DNA from: an uncultured Actinomycetales bacterium
Lineage (GTDB): Bacteria > Actinomycetota > Actinomycetes > S36-B12
Reading direction: 5' to 3'
DNA: 64,000 nt
Assembly: GCA_913063435.1 (NCBI GenBank)
Contig: CAJXYI010000005.1
Coordinates: 4,878-68,877, forward strand
Shown here: in pieces, positions 1-7,559 of the stretch
Position numbering within the stretch: the first letter of the stretch is position 1
How the letters are laid out: the number at the start of each line of letters is the position of its first letter
Translations under genes and position numbers: made by a program
Notes under the pieces: generated by a model
The model's database searches: none
What the model was told of the DNA's origin: nothing
The model's input: the letters and a program-made list of their open reading frames with translations, nothing else

Positions 1-143
1 GTGCCTTTCGCTTGATTTCGGTGGGCGTGGTGACGGGCCGACGCGCCCATCACCAAGTTACTGGCTAGTAACATCATTTTCCTACTGATCGGTAACGAAT
101 GCAAGAGGGCAGAACCCCCAAATCTCCCCCGGATGCCCGCGCC

Positions 144-197
144 GTGACCGCCTTGACCGTCCTGACCGCCTTGACCGCCTTGACCGTCTTGACCGTC
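144..197. repeat. tandem repeat, 6 x 9 bp (GTGACCGCC TTGACCGTC CTGACCGCC TTGACCGCC TTGACCGTC TTGACCGTC)
   Basis: Read directly. Six head-to-tail 9-mers run into the left arm of the palindrome at 194-256. Confidence 0.8.
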
Positions 198-256
198 TGA
201 GTTACCTGAATGGTCGCTAACTCGATGAGTTAGCGACCATTCAGGTAACTCAGACG
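194..256. repeat. perfect palindrome, 30-bp arms and 3-nt loop (copy 1 of 2)
   Basis: The arm CGTCTGAGTTACCTGAATGGTCGCTAACTC (194-223) is followed by the loop GAT and an exact reverse complement (227-256). A near-identical copy lies at 24391-24453. C-rich (111-130) and G-rich (257-275) flanks are partly complementary. Confidence 0.9.
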
Positions 257-274
257 GGAGGGGGCGGGGGGTTC

Positions 275-787
275 TTGGATACGGTGGCGCCCGTGAGTTC
301 CCCCTGGGTCGGTTCGGCCACCCCGATCGGCCCCCCGGCCGATGCCGTGCCCCGGCTGCGCGATCTTCTCTATGCCGCCGGCGTCACCGGTATCTGGTCG
401 GGCCTGCTGAGTCTGGCCGTCTATGGCCTCGGTCGGCTGTTCGGTGTCCCCTTCGAGGTGTCCACCCCCGCGACCGGCGGACTCATGGTGGTGCCGTGGT
501 TCGCGATGGCCCTCATCCCGATCGCTGCCGCCTACATCGGGGCGCTGCTCTCAGCCCTCATGCTGGGTCGCCGCCATGCCCGGCGCGTCGTGTTCTGGCT
601 CGGCACCCTGATCGCGCTTGCCTCCTGCGCCGGTCCCCTGGTGCAGCCGGCGGACGTGATCTGGTCGACGCGTATCTGGCTGCTCATCCCGCACGTGATC
701 ACCTGGTTCCTCGTCGTTCCCCAGATCGCGCGCATCGTGGGCGATTCCGAACCGGGAATGTATGAACCCCGCACGACCAGTGACTGA
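275..787 (+). CDS. integral membrane protein, function unknown
   Basis: 170-aa ORF with a TTG start and several hydrophobic helices (GIWSGLLSLAVYGL, ALIPIAAAYIGALLSALML, VVFWLGTLIALASCA). No recognisable catalytic motif. Confidence 0.55.
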   Translation: MDTVAPVSSPWVGSATPIGPPADAVPRLRDLLYAAGVTGIWSGLLSLAVYGLGRLFGVPFEVSTPATGGLMVVPWFAMALIPIAAAYIGALLSALMLGRRHARRVVFWLGTLIALASCAGPLVQPADVIWSTRIWLLIPHVITWFLVVPQIARIVGDSEPGMYEPRTTSD

Positions 788-819
788 AATCCCCACTATT
801 CGCAAGACATAGCACTAGC

Positions 820-1311
820 GTGTGCGCCATGGCCGAAACTCGCAATCGCCCAGGTGCGGTAACCATTGTCGTTGTCCTTCTGTGGATCTCCTTCGCGGTG
901 TGGTTGATCACCGCGATCGCTGCGGTCTTCACCGGCACCGGCCTCACCGCCGCCGGCGACATTCAGCAGATCGAGGCCGAGTTGGAGAAACTCGGATTGC
1001 CGACAGCATGGGCACCGGCGATCGGCCCGACGTTCCTTGTTATCGGCGGCGTGTTGTTGATCTTTGCGATCCTGTCGGCACTGTTCGCGGTGTTCATCGG
1101 CAAGGGCAGCAATGTGGCGCGCATCCTGCTCACGATCATCGTTGCGTTCCGCATCGTGTCGGCCCTGTCCAGCCTGCTCGCCACCGACCTCAACTTCGGC
1201 CTGATCATCAGCGCGGTGATCTCGGTCGGCATCGACATCGTGATCTTGTTCCTGCTCTACAACGCCGAGTCGAACAAGTTCTTCACCGACCAGGTCAGGG
1301 CCACGCCCTAG
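820..1311 (+). CDS. integral membrane protein, function unknown
   Basis: 163-aa ORF with 4 predicted TM helices (VTIVVVLLWISFAVWLITAIAAVF, FLVIGGVLLIFAILSALFAVFI and others). Confidence 0.55.
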   Translation: MCAMAETRNRPGAVTIVVVLLWISFAVWLITAIAAVFTGTGLTAAGDIQQIEAELEKLGLPTAWAPAIGPTFLVIGGVLLIFAILSALFAVFIGKGSNVARILLTIIVAFRIVSALSSLLATDLNFGLIISAVISVGIDIVILFLLYNAESNKFFTDQVRATP

Positions 1312-1329
1312 GTATCTGCGCTCATTCCG

Positions 1330-1397
1330 CCCAAACGCTGGCGAAGGGGTCGCCCTTCAGCCAGCGTTTGGCCTCACAGCGACCCTTTAGCCAGCGT
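1330..1397. repeat. REP-like interspersed repeat, copy A (CAAACGCTGGC / GCCAGCGTTTG units)
   Basis: CCAAACGCTGGC (1330-1342) is inverted against GCCAGCGTTTGG (1360-1371), followed by a further AGCCAGCGTATG unit. The same unit family is seen at 21963-22056, 49907-50011, 51133-51237 and 63073-63172. Confidence 0.75.
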
Positions 1398-1408
1398 ATG
1401 AGTTGTGC

Positions 1409-1423
1409 GAGCGGGTGACGGGA
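1409..1423. repeat. 15-nt direct duplicate of the tRNA-Gly 3' end (att-like scar)
   Basis: GAGCGGGTGACGGGA at 1409-1423 is identical to 1522-1536, which is the 3' acceptor/T-arm of the tRNA-Gly gene. Spacing is 113 bp. Confidence 0.7.
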
Positions 1424-1522
1424 TCCGTCGCGCGCCTTGTGGCGCGCTCCTCCCGATTCCCGACGTAACACCCCATCAACGCCGAAGGGCCCAGGGGATC
1501 AACCCTGGACCCTTCCACGTTG

Positions 1523-1593
1523 AGCGGGTGACGGGAATCGAACCCGCGCTGTCAGCTTGGGAAGCTGATGTTCTGCCATTGAACTACACCCGC
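1523..1593 (-). tRNA. tRNA-Gly (anticodon CCC)
   Basis: The reverse complement reads GCGGGTGTAGTTCAATGGCAGAACATCAGCTTCCCAAGCTGACAGCGCGGGTTCGATTCCCGTCACCCGCT. Acceptor stem is GCGGGTG/CACCCGC, anticodon loop is TTCCCAA, and the T-loop is GGTTCGATTCC. No CCA is encoded. Confidence 0.9.
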
Positions 1594-1799
1594 TAGGTAC
1601 GCGGCTGCAAAGTCTCCCCCGAATGCGGGTGCATTTCCAACCGGTCGCCCAGGTCGCAGAGTATGCCATCTCGGCCGGTGCGATCGGGCTTCGGTGCGGA
1701 ACCGGTATCCGATCGACAACTGAAGCACCGGAGCCGGCTGTCAGCAGGCGGGTAGCCTCTTCGGTGTGAGCCCGGCCGTCGGGCCCTTGAAGACGGATC

Positions 1800-3179
1800 A
1801 TGCGTGTCAATGACGCGAGAGGACATCTCGGACCGGAGGCTGCCGTGAACGAGGAGGCCGAACTCCTGCAGTCGTTGATACGCAACTCCTGTATCAACGA
1901 CGGATCGAACAACCCCGAGGAGATCCGCAACGCGGACATGTTGTTAAGCGTCATAGAGCCCACGGCGGCGACGGTCGATGTCGTCGATGCAGCACCCGGC
2001 CGACGATCCCTCATCGCTCGTTGGCCGGGCACCGATCCCAGTGCGCCCACGCTCATGCTGCTTGGCCACACCGATGTTGTGCCCGCCGACGCCACCCGGT
2101 GGGAGCGGGACCCATTCGCGGCGGAGGTACACGACGGGTTCATCTGGGGTCGAGGGTCGATGGACATGCTCGGCCACATTGCGACGATGACATTGGCCTT
2201 TCGGGATCTCGTAACCCGCGGCCGGCACCTTCCCGGTGATGTTGTCCTTGCGGCGGTTGCAGATGAAGAAGCGCTGAGCGGCATGGGTATGGAATTCCTT
2301 ATGCGCGAACACTCTGATCTGCTCGCCGCCGACTGGGTGCTAAGTGAATCAGGCGGAGTTCGTTCAGGGCCGTCGCATGAACCCAAGTTGAATGTGCTGA
2401 TCGCTGAGAAGGGTGCCTGGCGAGTTGCCGTCGAGATCACCGCGCAGCCGGGGCACAGTTCGATGCCTTTCGGGTCGGAGTCAGCGCTGGGACTCGCCGC
2501 TGAGGTCGTAGCGAAACTCGGCGAGGCTGACGGGCTCATCCGCATCAGCGATGATTGGCGGGAGGTGGTTCGGCGTGGCTGGGATCCGCGTGCCTGGGAG
2601 GTGATCACCGATCCAGAACGCATTGACGCGGTGGTGGCGCGCCTTCCGATACCTGGGGCGCGTGCGGTACACGGGTTGACGCGCATGACCGTGGTACCTA
2701 CTCGGATCACCACTGATGGGTCATGGAACTCGATGAGTGCGAAAGCGGTGATCGAACTTGATGTGAGGACCGTAGCCGGTCAAGAGTGGGATGACATCGC
2801 CGAATACGTCCACCGGGTGGTCGGACCTGATCTGAGTGAGCGAATCCACCTGCGAACGATCGCGTATGCGAACGCCTCACGGACTGCTATCGACACGGAA
2901 TTATGGCAACTGCTCGAGAGATCGGCGCGCGCTATCGTGCCCAGCGCCTCACTCGTTCCCGCGATTGCCACAGGGGTGACCGACGCTCGATTCATGCGTC
3001 AGCAGGGCGCTACAGCGTATGGATTCGGGCTTTATAGTCCTCGCATCGAAGCCGCAGAGGTGCCGATGATGCTGCACGGAGACAACGAACGGGTAGACGT
3101 GGAGAGTCTCGCGTTGATGCGGGAGCTGTGGTCGACGGTCTTCTTGGGATTGGCTGAGCGCCCACCTCACGAGAGGTAA
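1800..3179 (+). CDS. M20 family metallopeptidase (ArgE/DapE/dipeptidase-like)
   Basis: 459-aa ORF with LLGHTDVVPAD...WERDPFAAEVHDGFIWGRGSMDMLGH, the typical M20 metal-binding region. The true start may be slightly downstream. Confidence 0.85.
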   Translation: MRVNDARGHLGPEAAVNEEAELLQSLIRNSCINDGSNNPEEIRNADMLLSVIEPTAATVDVVDAAPGRRSLIARWPGTDPSAPTLMLLGHTDVVPADATRWERDPFAAEVHDGFIWGRGSMDMLGHIATMTLAFRDLVTRGRHLPGDVVLAAVADEEALSGMGMEFLMREHSDLLAADWVLSESGGVRSGPSHEPKLNVLIAEKGAWRVAVEITAQPGHSSMPFGSESALGLAAEVVAKLGEADGLIRISDDWREVVRRGWDPRAWEVITDPERIDAVVARLPIPGARAVHGLTRMTVVPTRITTDGSWNSMSAKAVIELDVRTVAGQEWDDIAEYVHRVVGPDLSERIHLRTIAYANASRTAIDTELWQLLERSARAIVPSASLVPAIATGVTDARFMRQQGATAYGFGLYSPRIEAAEVPMMLHGDNERVDVESLALMRELWSTVFLGLAERPPHER

Positions 3180-4012
3180 GCCAAACGGCGCATCACATCG
3201 CCATGGTGCGCTTCGATCTTCGCGACGAGATCCGGTGCGAGTTCCTCGCGCCAGGATTCGACGGAACCGCGACGGAAGAAGACCCGATCGGGGGATGCGG
3301 CCTCGGTGAAGCCGTGAGCGATTTCAGCGGCCGCGAGTTTCTCGAAGGCGCAAGCGTCAATTGCAGACTCGACCCGCCCAGGTTGGTCGGGGAGACCGAG
3401 CCAACGGGCCAGTCGGGTCACGGTGGAGATGGGTTGGTACATCAGGTCCTCGTATCTGAGCATCAGGACCGGGATATCGGATTGGTCCAACCAGGAGGTG
3501 ACATGAATCGACCAATCACCCGGGTGGTGTTGGACGTCATGCGAATCCACGGAGGGCACCTTTGAGCGCGGTGTGGCCATGCTGTTCACGGCATCAGAGT
3601 GGGACAGACCAACGTGGTGGGCCCAACTGACCGCCACGGCGCGGGGGTCGCGGACAATGTAGACCGCACGGGCATGGGGCGGTTGCCAACACTGCGGGTA
3701 GCCGTCCGCCTCCGGCAACCACGGAGTGTGCGTTTTGCGAAGCGTGCTTCCCCCATCATCTCGGCCCAATGCCCAACCCAACCGGGTGAAGGCCAGTGCG
3801 GTGGTTTCGTTCATGTCAGACGTGCTCAAACCAAGACCGCGCATGACATCCGCAAATGGATCGCCATCGGCCCCCAGCCGGTTGATGTCGGGCGGGCCTG
3901 CGGTGCGTAGCGCAAACGCCAAGGTCCGCACCCAGGTGTTGCCCGACTTCGGATAGGAAGCGCACCACATCGTTCGGCTGTCGACCTGATCTCCGACCAC
4001 ATTCACGAGCAC
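3167..4012 (-). CDS. PAPS-dependent sulfotransferase
   Basis: 281 aa. Carries a 5'-PSB loop (SYPKSGNTWVRTL) and a 3'-PB motif (YIVRDPRAVAVSW). Its start overlaps the upstream gene's stop by 10 nt, so it is the last gene of the minus-strand operon. Confidence 0.85.
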   Translation of the reverse strand: MLVNVVGDQVDSRTMWCASYPKSGNTWVRTLAFALRTAGPPDINRLGADGDPFADVMRGLGLSTSDMNETTALAFTRLGWALGRDDGGSTLRKTHTPWLPEADGYPQCWQPPHARAVYIVRDPRAVAVSWAHHVGLSHSDAVNSMATPRSKVPSVDSHDVQHHPGDWSIHVTSWLDQSDIPVLMLRYEDLMYQPISTVTRLARWLGLPDQPGRVESAIDACAFEKLAAAEIAHGFTEAASPDRVFFRRGSVESWREELAPDLVAKIEAHHGDVMRRLAYLS

Positions 4013-4821
4013 AACTCCAGCAACGTCGGCTCTATGAGTTCCGCCAGTATTGGCGGCGCGCTGCTGCGCACGATCGCCTCATCGATGCTCCGCGGCCGGA
4101 CGAGGGAGAGAATGGGCACCTGGGGGAGCACAGTGTCCGTCGGCCGGGATGCGGGCACGAGCGTAGGGATGCACGCTGCTGCCCAGTGCTCGTTCAGCAA
4201 CTCGCGGTTTGCCGTGGAGGGGTCCGAACGTGCTACCCGAGGCCCGGTGAGGGCGAGTCTTCGGCCCAGGAACACGGAACCGGTGATGGTCCCGGTGCCG
4301 ACGGCAGGGGCTTGGATGTGAACTCGGTCCCGCCCGGAAATGGCGGTGGACACACGAGCGGGGTCGATGCCGGGGACCACGATCCGATCGGCGGTGATCG
4401 AACCACCGAAGGTGAGCGGAACGCAGTCATCTCCCCATGCGACGATTCCATCTGACGCCAACTGCCAACCGCGTTCGAGGAGGACCAGGGCGAGCAGGGA
4501 GCAGCCGATTCGCGGCGCGCCGGTGAAGACGATGGACCTTCCCTCGCGAGCGATGCAGGTGCCGTTCACCGCGGTCAATCCGTTGGCGCGCAACCACTGC
4601 CCTCGGGCCCATGTCCCCAGCTGAGCGTGAACCTGCTGCCGAGAATCCTCATCCGGGCCGAGAATGATGATTCCGGTGCCGCTGACGACTATCGAACCCT
4701 GGCCGGGAAGGTCGAGTTCAACGGAGTGGTCACTCCACCGAATACCGGGTAGGGGTCCGGGTGAGGCTGCGGGGCCCTCGCGGAACTCGATGGCCGGAGA
4801 CGTGGGTGCGTCACCGGCCAC
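4003..4821 (-). CDS. HPr kinase (HprK)-related protein with degenerate P-loop
   Basis: 272 aa. The segment NGTCIAREGRSIVFTGAPRIGCSLLALVLLERGWQLASDGIV aligns by eye with the HprK/P core (G.SG.GKSE.ALEL..RGH.LV.DD). The Walker-A Lys is replaced, giving GAPRIGCS. It overlaps the TfuA stop by 11 nt. Confidence 0.6.
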   Translation of the reverse strand: MAGDAPTSPAIEFREGPAASPGPLPGIRWSDHSVELDLPGQGSIVVSGTGIIILGPDEDSRQQVHAQLGTWARGQWLRANGLTAVNGTCIAREGRSIVFTGAPRIGCSLLALVLLERGWQLASDGIVAWGDDCVPLTFGGSITADRIVVPGIDPARVSTAISGRDRVHIQAPAVGTGTITGSVFLGRRLALTGPRVARSDPSTANRELLNEHWAAACIPTLVPASRPTDTVLPQVPILSLVRPRSIDEAIVRSSAPPILAELIEPTLLELCS

Positions 4822-6268
4822 GGGACATCATCGGCTCGCCGTTGTCGTAGAAATCCACTCCCTCTCCGACCTCGGGTAACAGGCCCGTGCCGAAGAGCGC
4901 CTGGAAGGCAAGCACGGAGGTTCGGATGGTCTGCAACAGTTCCGCTACGGATCCGAGGTCGTTCTGTTCCACGTATTCGAGGAAGTCGGTGGGAACGTTC
5001 CACTGGCTCAAGGATGCGTGTGTGGCAACCGCCTGCTGGGGTGTGATGTCGGCGCTGGCGATCACCGAACGTGCCAGTGACTCTTGAAGCGCCGCGGCAT
5101 GTTTGACGTCTGGATAGCGCCCCCTCTTGCGCAGCTCATCGAGGAACAATCTGGTGACAGTCCCGTGCTGAGGGCGACCGAGGTAGCTGTTCTCCATGCG
5201 AAGGACGAGTGCTTCACGGGCCACAAGCTCGCGCAAACTGAACGAGTCCAAATCGAGTTCGTAAGCGTGCTCTTCAAGTTCCCTTAACGGCACTGCCCAC
5301 CGCTCGGCGAGACGTTGACGAGCGCGGTCAATTTCGTCCTGGGTGGGTTCACCGGCGAACCAGAATCCCACCTGAGCCAACACGTGGTGAGCCCGAGCGG
5401 CCTGCATGACGTCGTCGTAGTCCGTCTCGTTGATATCGGCGTATCGCCGGATGCGATCGAAGGTCGTGGCATGACCGTCGTCGGTCTCAACCACCACGTC
5501 TCGCGCGAGCATCGCTTGGAATACTCCAGACATGACTGTCTCCGGTCGTGATTCCGGTGATGATGGTTGATCTGGTAGGTCACGCATCGCTGTCAGCAAG
5601 GCGATGGCATCGCGACGCTTGGGGTCGAGTTCGCGGGTATGGCTTTGGATGAACTCGCGCAGCGAAGCGAGTTGTTCACCGGTGACCCCGATTTCAGCGG
5701 CGTCGGCTAGCGAGTCGGACATTCGGCGTTCAGGAAACCAGCGTTGCTCCTGGCGCCTGATGAGCTCGTCGCATTGCAGGTCCGTGATCAAACCAGCGGC
5801 CTGCGCGCCGCGAAGAACAGCGCGGATGGTGACCATCGCGTCGGACAGAGGGCGGTAGCCGGCGTTGGCGTCCGCGTGGGTCAGCGCGACGTCCGCGTCG
5901 TTCTCCAATTCACCCGAAGCGAACGCGTTGTAAATCTCGCCTATGCCGATCATTCCGTAGTGGGCGCATTCCGCCGCTCTCAGTGCACCCATACTGCTCG
6001 AGCCGAGGACGTACGCACCGTTGTCCATGGCGTACAGCAGTTCTTTGTGAAACACCGACATGTTCTGCAAGAAGGTGCCATCGATCAGCCCGATGGCGTG
6101 CGGCCGGTAACGACGCAGGGCGCCGACGATATCTCCCATAGCTGCGGGAGGGAGATAGATCGCGTCCGGAAGGACCTGCTGGGCCTCGTTGCGGGCAAGT
6201 GACGGACCGAGGAAGACAACCTGGGTGCGCGTGCTCACACTGCCTCCAATGAGTAGGTGTCCTGCCAC
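4811..6268 (-). CDS. TfuA-like protein with ~250-aa C-terminal extension
   Basis: The N-terminal half (VVFLGPSL...IYLPPAAMGDIV...IGLIDGTF...VFHKELLYAM..G..VLGSSSMGALRAAE...GMIGIGEIY) is the TfuA domain. An alternative GTG start at 6238 forms a GTGA overlap with the YcaO stop. Confidence 0.9.
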   Translation of the reverse strand: MAGHLLIGGSVSTRTQVVFLGPSLARNEAQQVLPDAIYLPPAAMGDIVGALRRYRPHAIGLIDGTFLQNMSVFHKELLYAMDNGAYVLGSSSMGALRAAECAHYGMIGIGEIYNAFASGELENDADVALTHADANAGYRPLSDAMVTIRAVLRGAQAAGLITDLQCDELIRRQEQRWFPERRMSDSLADAAEIGVTGEQLASLREFIQSHTRELDPKRRDAIALLTAMRDLPDQPSSPESRPETVMSGVFQAMLARDVVVETDDGHATTFDRIRRYADINETDYDDVMQAARAHHVLAQVGFWFAGEPTQDEIDRARQRLAERWAVPLRELEEHAYELDLDSFSLRELVAREALVLRMENSYLGRPQHGTVTRLFLDELRKRGRYPDVKHAAALQESLARSVIASADITPQQAVATHASLSQWNVPTDFLEYVEQNDLGSVAELLQTIRTSVLAFQALFGTGLLPEVGEGVDFYDNGEPMMSRGR

Positions 6269-7476
6269 GATCGGCCCCGCTGTCCCACTGCGGAGTAGGA
6301 GAACATGTAACCCTCCAGGCCCGGGACCACCACGCGAACCACCTGGACGGATTCATGCGGTGCGGTGTGACGGATGACGGCAACCTGGTGGAATCCAGCC
6401 GCCACCAGCATCGAGCAGGTGAGTTCGAGGTCTCCTTCCACGGTGCCAGTGCTGAGTTCGGTGGCGTTGGCTAGGACACCCTCGGTTCCAACCGCGGTCG
6501 CAAGGGGGGAGTTGGTGGCAGCGGCGCGCTGGGATTCGAAGATGTCGTCGCGGGCGCCGGCGACGATCAAGCAGCGCCCCTGCGCCGCTTCGGTGACAGC
6601 ACGAACGAGTGCTGACGGCGCCGAGAGTGACGCGCCGGCTCCTTTGAAGGCACCCGTGCGCCCCCCGGGGGGGTCATGCAGGTACGCCACGATGATGGGG
6701 ACACCGACATCAGTGGTTGCATCGACCACCTCCAGTTGGAGGCCGGCCCGTTCAACCTTCTCCGCTACTGATGGTTCGGCTTGGCGAAGACGATCCATGG
6801 CGTCGAGATGTGGCCGCTGGCTTACGTGGGTGGTGAGCGTCATTCCGTCGCGTTCGATCACCTCCATCAAGCCGCTGAGTATCGCTTCCAGTACGTGTGC
6901 TCCGCTTGCGAGGCCATTGGAGCCGGAGATGAAGGGGCGGTGCGCCTTATCGCCGATCCGGCTAACGGTGACCAGCGCCTCGGGCACCCAGACCTCTTCG
7001 CCCGCAATGATGTCCCACCCCCTGGTCCACTGGATGGGAACGTGCGGTGCCCACAGGGAGCCTTTGTGCTGCGGGCACAGACCGGCGTCGATGATGTTCA
7101 CACCGCTACGCAGTAGCTCATCCTGGCTGGTATGAAAGGTGTCGATCCTGAGGTTCTCCCACACCGACTGTTCACAACATTCCATGACCGCGCTGACCCA
7201 ACTCGCATCGGGTGTGACACCCTTGCCGCTCCCGCTGGATAAGCTCCGGCCCTGGGGCTTGACCGCCATGTGTACGGGCAGTCCCACGCGGTCGAAGCCA
7301 GTCAGGTGCGCGACTCGCGTTATGCCGTAGTCAGCGAGAACTCCGCTGAGGCGGGTGCGCAGATCGGCCGTGTCGTGAGAGCGAAGACCTGAAGAAGTGC
7401 GCATTGTATGCAAAGGCGGATCGTCTTCGGTCAGGATCGGACCGAAGTGCAACTGCACCCGAGGGACATCCATCAC
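6235..7476 (-). CDS. YcaO-domain protein (TfuA-associated type)
   Basis: 413 aa. ITRVAHLTGFDRVGLPVHMAVKPQGRSLSSGSGKGVTPDASWVSAVMECCEQ is a classic YcaO N-terminal core. TfuA lies immediately downstream and is translationally coupled. Confidence 0.9.
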   Translation of the reverse strand: MMDVPRVQLHFGPILTEDDPPLHTMRTSSGLRSHDTADLRTRLSGVLADYGITRVAHLTGFDRVGLPVHMAVKPQGRSLSSGSGKGVTPDASWVSAVMECCEQSVWENLRIDTFHTSQDELLRSGVNIIDAGLCPQHKGSLWAPHVPIQWTRGWDIIAGEEVWVPEALVTVSRIGDKAHRPFISGSNGLASGAHVLEAILSGLMEVIERDGMTLTTHVSQRPHLDAMDRLRQAEPSVAEKVERAGLQLEVVDATTDVGVPIIVAYLHDPPGGRTGAFKGAGASLSAPSALVRAVTEAAQGRCLIVAGARDDIFESQRAAATNSPLATAVGTEGVLANATELSTGTVEGDLELTCSMLVAAGFHQVAVIRHTAPHESVQVVRVVVPGLEGYMFSYSAVGQRGRSWQDTYSLEAV

Positions 7477-7510
7477 GGCATCGGAGCGAGTGATGGTGCG
7501 CCGAATGCGC

Positions 7511-7542
7511 GGTGGGCCCTCAGATTTCTCCGAGGGCCCACC
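7511..7542 (-). terminator. GC-rich stem-loop between precursor gene and ycaO (putative attenuator or partial terminator)
   Basis: GGTGGGCCCTC (7511-7521) pairs perfectly with GAGGGCCCACC (7532-7542) around a 10-nt loop. It sits 18 nt after the precursor stop. No U-tract follows it. Confidence 0.5.
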
Positions 7543-7559
7543 GCATACGATCTTGTCAA

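Noticed and set aside
1499-2713. 404-aa ORF on the minus strand
   Set aside because: It is antisense to the well-supported M20 peptidase and crosses the tRNA-Gly gene. Its Arg/Ser/Pro/Ala-rich composition is typical of off-frame ORFs in high-GC DNA.
6374-7135. 253-aa ORF on the plus strand
   Set aside because: It lies entirely antisense within the YcaO gene. It has a low-complexity Ser/Ala/Arg/Thr composition and no motif.
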